A DNA stretch of 64,000 nt from Candidatus Thorarchaeota archaeon (GTDB lineage Archaea > Asgardarchaeota > Thorarchaeia > Thorarchaeales > Thorarchaeaceae), in NCBI GenBank assembly GCA_016933575.1, contig JAFGAR010000040.1, positions 64,001 to 128,000 of the forward strand, given 5' to 3'. Positions within the stretch are counted from its first letter, which is position 1, and each line of letters begins with the position of its first letter. This document shows positions 58,611 to 64,000 of the stretch, one piece after another. The translations under genes and the position numbers were made by a program. Below the pieces are notes generated by a model. The model searched no databases. It was not told the origin of the DNA and was given only the letters and a program-made list of their open reading frames with translations.

Positions 58611-58997
58611 TCAGACCATTTTGATATGAACAAGGCTTCCTCTTCTTACTTGTTTCAATGACATCAGATCGTTGTCACTCGAAGTTATTTTACCAATAAC
58701 ATTGACTTGACTATAGGTCCGCATGTCCTCAAGATAGATACAGAGTGAATCCCCTAATGGTAAATATGAAATATCTCCTCTCTTTACCGTGTTTGTCGGT
58801 TTTGCATTGCCCTTGGATATTCCTAGAGTTATTTGCATCTCATTCCTCATGAGAGCTGTACGACCTTCTAAAGGAAGTCTGAGTTTTATCTCTTCGACAA
58901 TAAGTGGCGCATGAATTCGGTTGATATAACCTCTAAGGATCAAATCTCCCTCAAACACAAACTCTAGATGAATATCAGTATCACTCAAATCTGGCAT
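58611..58997 (-). CDS. Cyclophilin-like fold protein (DUF369-like)
   Basis: APLIV...LPLEG...VKRGDISYLP.G.SLCIY...VNVIGK. Confidence 0.75.
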   Translation of the reverse strand: MPDLSDTDIHLEFVFEGDLILRGYINRIHAPLIVEEIKLRLPLEGRTALMRNEMQITLGISKGNAKPTNTVKRGDISYLPLGDSLCIYLEDMRTYSQVNVIGKITSSDNDLMSLKQVRRGSLVHIKMV

Positions 58998-59095
58998 ACA
59001 CTTTCCTCAACACATAGTCCTAAAATGTTCTACGTTCTATTCTTCGGCAAAGCCTTAATTGGTCACACACATTTTTACAATCGGAGCGGATACGA

Positions 59096-60223
59096 CTGTC
59101 AAAAACCAAAATGGATGTCGCATTTGTTGTTGATACAACAGGTTCAATGAAAGACGACATCAAGGCTGTGAAAGACAGTCTATATGAAATTGTTAATCAC
59201 ATAACTTCGAGAACCAAAGACTTAGCTATCCGTTTTGGAGTTGTGTCCTATCGGGATCATCCTCCACAGGACCGGTCTTACATTACAAAGGTATTTGATT
59301 TCACAGAGAATGTGAAACGTGTTCAAAAACTCATCGCAGAGCTAAAACCCTCTGAAGGTGGCGATACGCCTGAAGCTGTTGCTGATGGATTACATGAAGC
59401 AAGAACTAGATTATCTTGGGATCGCGAAGCCTACAAGATCGTACTTCTTGTTGGCGATGCACCGCCTCATGGCAGAAAGTACAATTCTATTGGTGATGAT
59501 TATTTCACAGAAGGTTGTCCTAGTGGTTATGATCCCATAGATGAAGTCCAACAACTTAGGAAGGACTTTGGTTCAACTATCTTCATCTTTGTATGCGGCT
59601 GTAATCCCCTTGTAGAGGTATCATTTCGTCAGATTGCTGATTCAATTGATGGTGGGAAATACTATTCATTACTTGAAGCGCATGAACTGCCCCAAGCGAT
59701 ACTCAATATCCTTGAAGGCGTGAGTGACCTTATTGAAGCAGATAGAAAGGTTCTCTCTTACTATGAATCACATGATGGGACATTCGATATGGGTGAGGCT
59801 GCAGCAACTTTGAATTTGGAGCTTCGCGTATTAAAAACCTCACTCTCAAGACTTCTAGAGCTGGGTCGGATCACTCGTTGGCCAAAGGGACGACCCCTTG
59901 CATCTGACACCCTAGGAATATCTGCAACACTAGGTGCTATGCCGAACAATATTGTCGCTGGGAAAGCATTCAACTATTCAATTCACATAAACAATCCAAG
60001 TGCAGCTGTGGTTCGAGTGAGAGTAATTGCTTCACTTGTAACTTCAGAAGGTGTATCTGAAGTAACTAATGAAAGCCATGATGTACCACCTCAATCTGAG
60101 AAAACATTAGACCTGAAGCTTGTCGCAATGACTGACATAAAAGGCAAAGCAACTCTTCGTGTAGAGGTATTCTATGGCTCGCAGTCGATAGCTACTGAGA
60201 TTTACCCAACACGATTGTACTGA
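59096..60223 (+). CDS. vWA domain (intact MIDAS-like) + wHTH + Ig-like protein; probable CTG start
   Basis: DVAFVVDTTGSM, YRDH, GGDTPEA, GDAPPHG; SD GGAGCGG 6 nt before CTG 59096. Confidence 0.85.
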   Translation: MSKTKMDVAFVVDTTGSMKDDIKAVKDSLYEIVNHITSRTKDLAIRFGVVSYRDHPPQDRSYITKVFDFTENVKRVQKLIAELKPSEGGDTPEAVADGLHEARTRLSWDREAYKIVLLVGDAPPHGRKYNSIGDDYFTEGCPSGYDPIDEVQQLRKDFGSTIFIFVCGCNPLVEVSFRQIADSIDGGKYYSLLEAHELPQAILNILEGVSDLIEADRKVLSYYESHDGTFDMGEAAATLNLELRVLKTSLSRLLELGRITRWPKGRPLASDTLGISATLGAMPNNIVAGKAFNYSIHINNPSAAVVRVRVIASLVTSEGVSEVTNESHDVPPQSEKTLDLKLVAMTDIKGKATLRVEVFYGSQSIATEIYPTRLY

Positions 60224-60237
60224 AGGAGGACCTTCCA

Positions 60238-61395
60238 GTGAAACTGAAGGCAAAACAAGGCCGCAATCAAAAGGGACTCAGTTTTATTCTCTCTAAAGAG
60301 TCAGAATTCAAATCCGGAGTCTATTACCTATCTCATAAGATGGTGGATATTCTCGCTGATGTTCGTGTTTCTACGCAAGTACCAGAAGGGTATTTGATCA
60401 TAGATCGTCGCATATTCGATTGGTTATCCTGCGATGAAGCATCTGATATCATAATGACTCCTATTGACTCTACTATTCCTTCATGTGAAATACTTAGACT
60501 TAGTGTCAAATCAACAAAAGGTATAGAATCTCAGACTATAGCTGATATACTCTCAAAGAGAATTAATGATCTGCAAGATGATCTTGAGGGCCTAGTGCTC
60601 CAGAAAGGTCAGACATTTCTAATACAAAGACTTGGAATCCAGTTCACTGTGCTATCTCTTTCTCCGAACGATCCTAAAACGTCCGCCGCACGGATATCTT
60701 GGAGAGCACTAAAGAAAATACATCTGGAACCAATTCATCCAGCTAAGGCTTTCAATCTGTGTTGCGTCGTAGAGGTAGCTGCAGCCTCTCACATTGCTGA
60801 TGTGACAAAAAACACGACTGGTGTTGACACTGAGAACATCCCCCGATATGAAGCATCTCTCGAAGCTCTGAAGCAAATTGCCTTGTCTTATAGTGGATAT
60901 GGTTCTGCCGCTCAATTTTCAGGATTAATTTACTCTGATGATGTCATCGCCTACCAACAATACGATTCCAAGACAGGAAATCCTACTGAAATATCTCCAT
61001 TATATTCTGAATCACTGTTACTGTCCTTCATTGAGTGGATTCGGATGCTCATAAATGAACATAAGAACATCACCTCAAATCCTGGTGTGGCGCTTCAAGA
61101 GGCATTTAAAAAAGCCAGAGAACTAAGTGAGTCCAATGGAATTCCATCAGTGATTCTCTTCTTCTCAAGTGGAGCCCATTCTTCTGGTCCTAATCCCCTC
61201 AAGATTGCAAAGAAATTTCTTGAATCAGTTACGGTTCCCATCATCTGTTTCTCTTTCGGTCAAAATGCAAACCAAGACCTCATGAACGCGATTGCTGATA
61301 TTAGTAAGGGTGTATCGATAGGCATTAGAACTATGAGCGAGATGAACCAAGTTGTGGACGAATTTGAAACATGGAGTACATCTGGAGGCTATTAA
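60238..61395 (+). CDS. Cdc48/NSF-N-like domain + degenerate vWA domain protein
   Basis: GYLIID...L......I.M.P...L.GLVLQKGQ....F.V..LSP; vWA-like NPGVALQEA, ILFFSSG, IICFSFG, LMNAIA. Confidence 0.65.
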   Translation: MKLKAKQGRNQKGLSFILSKESEFKSGVYYLSHKMVDILADVRVSTQVPEGYLIIDRRIFDWLSCDEASDIIMTPIDSTIPSCEILRLSVKSTKGIESQTIADILSKRINDLQDDLEGLVLQKGQTFLIQRLGIQFTVLSLSPNDPKTSAARISWRALKKIHLEPIHPAKAFNLCCVVEVAAASHIADVTKNTTGVDTENIPRYEASLEALKQIALSYSGYGSAAQFSGLIYSDDVIAYQQYDSKTGNPTEISPLYSESLLLSFIEWIRMLINEHKNITSNPGVALQEAFKKARELSESNGIPSVILFFSSGAHSSGPNPLKIAKKFLESVTVPIICFSFGQNANQDLMNAIADISKGVSIGIRTMSEMNQVVDEFETWSTSGGY

Positions 61396-62547
61396 GTGAC
61401 AGATGATTTACTTACTCTGATACAGGGGATGTACCATAGTAATGAAATCTATGATTTCATATCAGCTAGATTGCCTGATGATAAACTCTCAACAGGATGG
61501 GTCGAGCAAGGTCTTGTCTACAAGGGTTTCACTGGAAAGATGCACGATAAAAGAATCCAAGAACAACTTGTGATTCCAACGGACCGATTTGCAAGACTAA
61601 TTCAGGATCGGGCTGTGGATTCATCTAGCTTGATTGGTTTACTTCTCTTCGGAGAACATGGTATTCGAGAACCAAAATTTGTAACTTTGATTTTTAATGA
61701 ATCTCCTGATTCTCGGAGTACATTGATGGCACTGACCTTTAGATCAAAAGAAATGAGTCAATCTGAGATCATCCGTATCATCTCAAAACATGTACTTGGA
61801 AATGATAAAGCACCTAGTAACATAGAATCCAAACTAGACTATGTTGAACAATTGAATACAGATGCAGTTCATGGAAATATAGAGGCATTTCTGTCACTAC
61901 GTTTGCCGTCCCCGAAAAAAAGCGTAAATGAATGGATTCGTTCATCAGTCAATGGCATCAATGACCCGTCAGAAGTCATTGCATATCATGGAGATTTGGA
62001 TGAGCTATCTTCAATTGCACTTCTCTTTTCAAGATGGTTGACCTCCTTAGATGCTTTCAAGAAGATTCGAAAAGGAATTGCAGCAATCTTTCTCAAATAT
62101 GGAAACAAAATTGAATCCTGCTTTTGGGATATACCACAGAATCTTGCAACTTTTGTCATAAGCAATGAAATGAATCTTGAGCGATATGTGAATGAATATG
62201 CGTTGGCTCTCTGGTCAAAATCCAGTGATATCGTGGATATCAAATCTATGAAACCTGAAGTCGTTGTGGAAGAACGAAAATCCTTAGATGGTAGACTCCA
62301 CACCATAATTGATGAACTCAATCGTAGACTGACAACCTTCTCTCCGACTGAACTAAGAAATCGCATTGAGACATTAGAATCTCGTTTAGATCTCTTGGAA
62401 CAAGATATTAAAAGCAAAGACTCGCCCGAAATTCGATCCATCTCTGTAGTAAAGACACGACTTGAGATGACCACAGATCGTCTTGAACAATTACTGAGCC
62501 GCCTAAGTGCTTTAGAAGAGCGTATCAAAAAAGTCAGTAAAGAATAG
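61396..62547 (+). CDS. Hypothetical protein with a C-terminal coiled coil
   Basis: Starts immediately after the upstream stop; heptads at the C-terminus. Confidence 0.7.
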   Translation: MTDDLLTLIQGMYHSNEIYDFISARLPDDKLSTGWVEQGLVYKGFTGKMHDKRIQEQLVIPTDRFARLIQDRAVDSSSLIGLLLFGEHGIREPKFVTLIFNESPDSRSTLMALTFRSKEMSQSEIIRIISKHVLGNDKAPSNIESKLDYVEQLNTDAVHGNIEAFLSLRLPSPKKSVNEWIRSSVNGINDPSEVIAYHGDLDELSSIALLFSRWLTSLDAFKKIRKGIAAIFLKYGNKIESCFWDIPQNLATFVISNEMNLERYVNEYALALWSKSSDIVDIKSMKPEVVVEERKSLDGRLHTIIDELNRRLTTFSPTELRNRIETLESRLDLLEQDIKSKDSPEIRSISVVKTRLEMTTDRLEQLLSRLSALEERIKKVSKE

Positions 62548-62559
62548 TGGTGATGTTGA

Positions 62560-62850
62560 ATGGAGCAACCATCTGATGACACTCTACAAGAATTGAAGAA
62601 GATTGAGAAGGATACACGGATATTGGAACAACTTACTGAAAGCATTCGTGTCATGGAGCAAAGACTGGAGCTATTGCAAACAGCTCAATCCTCTGATACA
62701 CTCTTTGATCAGACTCAACTTCAGGAGATTGTATCCAAACTATCTACCATCCGTGAAATTATGGATAAAATCGAGGTTGAAATTGAACAGCTGGATTCTC
62801 GAATCAATGATATACAATCATTGAAATTTAAGCGTCGGACTGGAATCTAG
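62560..62850 (+). CDS. Small coiled-coil protein
   Basis: Two heptad helices; SD GGTGA. Confidence 0.7.
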   Translation: MEQPSDDTLQELKKIEKDTRILEQLTESIRVMEQRLELLQTAQSSDTLFDQTQLQEIVSKLSTIREIMDKIEVEIEQLDSRINDIQSLKFKRRTGI

Positions 62851-64000
62851 TACTTATTGGGATTAAGGTATCTATCACATCTAGAAGATGACCAAGAAAT
62901 AGCTGGGATGAGAATGTATCAATAGGGAGTATTCTTGCATTTATTCCCTTCAATAATCTAAGAGCACTACGATGATTTTCCTTATTTTCCATAACGAGTA
63001 ACTCTATCTGATAACGTTCATGTTTAGCGATTGCTTGCGTAAATGCGAGATGCTGTTCATCATATTTTCCTGCACTTCCTCCAATCACAACCACGAGTGT
63101 AGGCCTTTCTGGTCCAAAATCTTCAAGGAATTCTGCTATTCCACGGAAAGCACACGATACATCTTCACGTCCACCTGTTTCTTTTATTGTGTCAAGAATG
63201 GAATAGATTAATGATACCACTACTTCTTCTGATGGTAAATCATTGGCGAATTCAATATATTGCCTGACTTCTTCACCATGTTGCACAGAGAATTTCTCGA
63301 GATCTTCTGCAAATGTCACTAAACCTAGCTTTCCTTCTGTCTGATTGTGATTCATCATATTCATGATCAATAAGGCTACCAATGCAGCAATATCTGCTCT
63401 TGATACTCCGCTTCTTAATCCATAGAGGTATTCTTTGAGATCATCGACTTTTTGTGAGAGTGGGTCTAGATTTCTGATTATAGTACTCAGCGTCTTCAGA
63501 GGTATGTCTCTCTTTCTCATATCATTCCCTGTTGAAATACAGAGTACAATATTCAGTTCTTGAAATGCTTGAAGAGGTCTCAGGAATATTTCATTGTCAG
63601 GAATTCTACCTATCTGTCCTGACATAAGTTCAGGTTTTGTCTGTGCGATATTCAGAGTGATTGGTGTTTTCTCCGGTCCAATGAATAATTTAGAACCAAA
63701 CCCGACCAACATACCCCTAATACTATCTAGAATCTCATTTTCATGAAGATGGATATATGACAGTAGTTCAGTGTTTACAGGGAACTTGCTGCTACTATAC
63801 GACAACACAACTCGAGATAGCTTCCCAATTTCGTCCTCAAGTTTCACAATATTTACCACTGAGGAATTTCTGAAACCATAGAGTGATGCATCTTTTTCAG
63901 AAATCACAATTGACCGTTCGTTACATTTCACATGTTTCTTTATCTGCCCCGCACACCATTGCCCAGTTCTTGTTTCTAGAGCCAATACAAAATCGTCAGA
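62828..64000 (-). CDS. Cdc48N-like + degenerate vWA protein (5' end beyond the window)
   Basis: IVISEKDA..YG.....VVNI...L.SIRGMLV..G...L.I.QTKP; LNIVLCIST..M, KLGLVTFA; frame open to 64000. Confidence 0.65.
   Translation of the reverse strand, partial: SDDFVLALETRTGQWCAGQIKKHVKCNERSIVISEKDASLYGFRNSSVVNIVKLEDEIGKLSRVVLSYSSSKFPVNTELLSYIHLHENEILDSIRGMLVGFGSKLFIGPEKTPITLNIAQTKPELMSGQIGRIPDNEIFLRPLQAFQELNIVLCISTGNDMRKRDIPLKTLSTIIRNLDPLSQKVDDLKEYLYGLRSGVSRADIAALVALLIMNMMNHNQTEGKLGLVTFAEDLEKFSVQHGEEVRQYIEFANDLPSEEVVVSLIYSILDTIKETGGREDVSCAFRGIAEFLEDFGPERPTLVVVIGGSAGKYDEQHLAFTQAIAKHERYQIELLVMENKENHRSALRLLKGINARILPIDTFSSQLFLGHLLDVIDTLIPISTRFQSDA

Noticed and set aside
62560-62850. SNARE or ESCRT-III homolog
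   Set aside because: Generic heptads only; no TM anchor or diagnostic pattern
1-64000. tRNA, rRNA, transposase, integrase or provirus
   Set aside because: None recognised by eye; intergenic gaps are short. A tRNAscan/Infernal run would be needed to exclude small RNAs

Overview
Gene-dense archaeal window, most likely from an Asgard archaeon (Thorarchaeia-like; inferred from gene content, not from a marker gene). It has about 60 CDS and no rRNA, tRNA, CRISPR or mobile element. Metabolic blocks: acetate-CoA ligase plus a DRTGG protein, a beta-oxidation-like cluster, and an FGGY kinase/glpABC/alkyl-DHAP-synthase-like cluster. Main discoveries: (1) a selenoprotein missed by the ORF track (1102->296, minus strand) with an in-frame TGA in a CxxU motif and a eukaryote-type SECIS whose AUGA core is the gene's own stop codon; (2) an E2F/DP-like transcription factor (RRxYD winged helix, coiled coil, marked-box-like end) with repeated and palindromic TTCGGAA sites upstream; (3) two Cdc48N-vWA proteins and a longin-winged-helix protein whose architectures resemble the GATOR1 subunits DEPDC5 and NPRL2. 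Further eukaryote-like or unusual genes: a CIA2/FAM96-like protein, a Rab-like pseudo-GTPase, a SNAP-like TPR protein, a circularly permuted family-5 solute-binding protein, and a structured intergenic element containing a 23-codon ORF. All homology calls come from motif recognition by eye; no searches were run.
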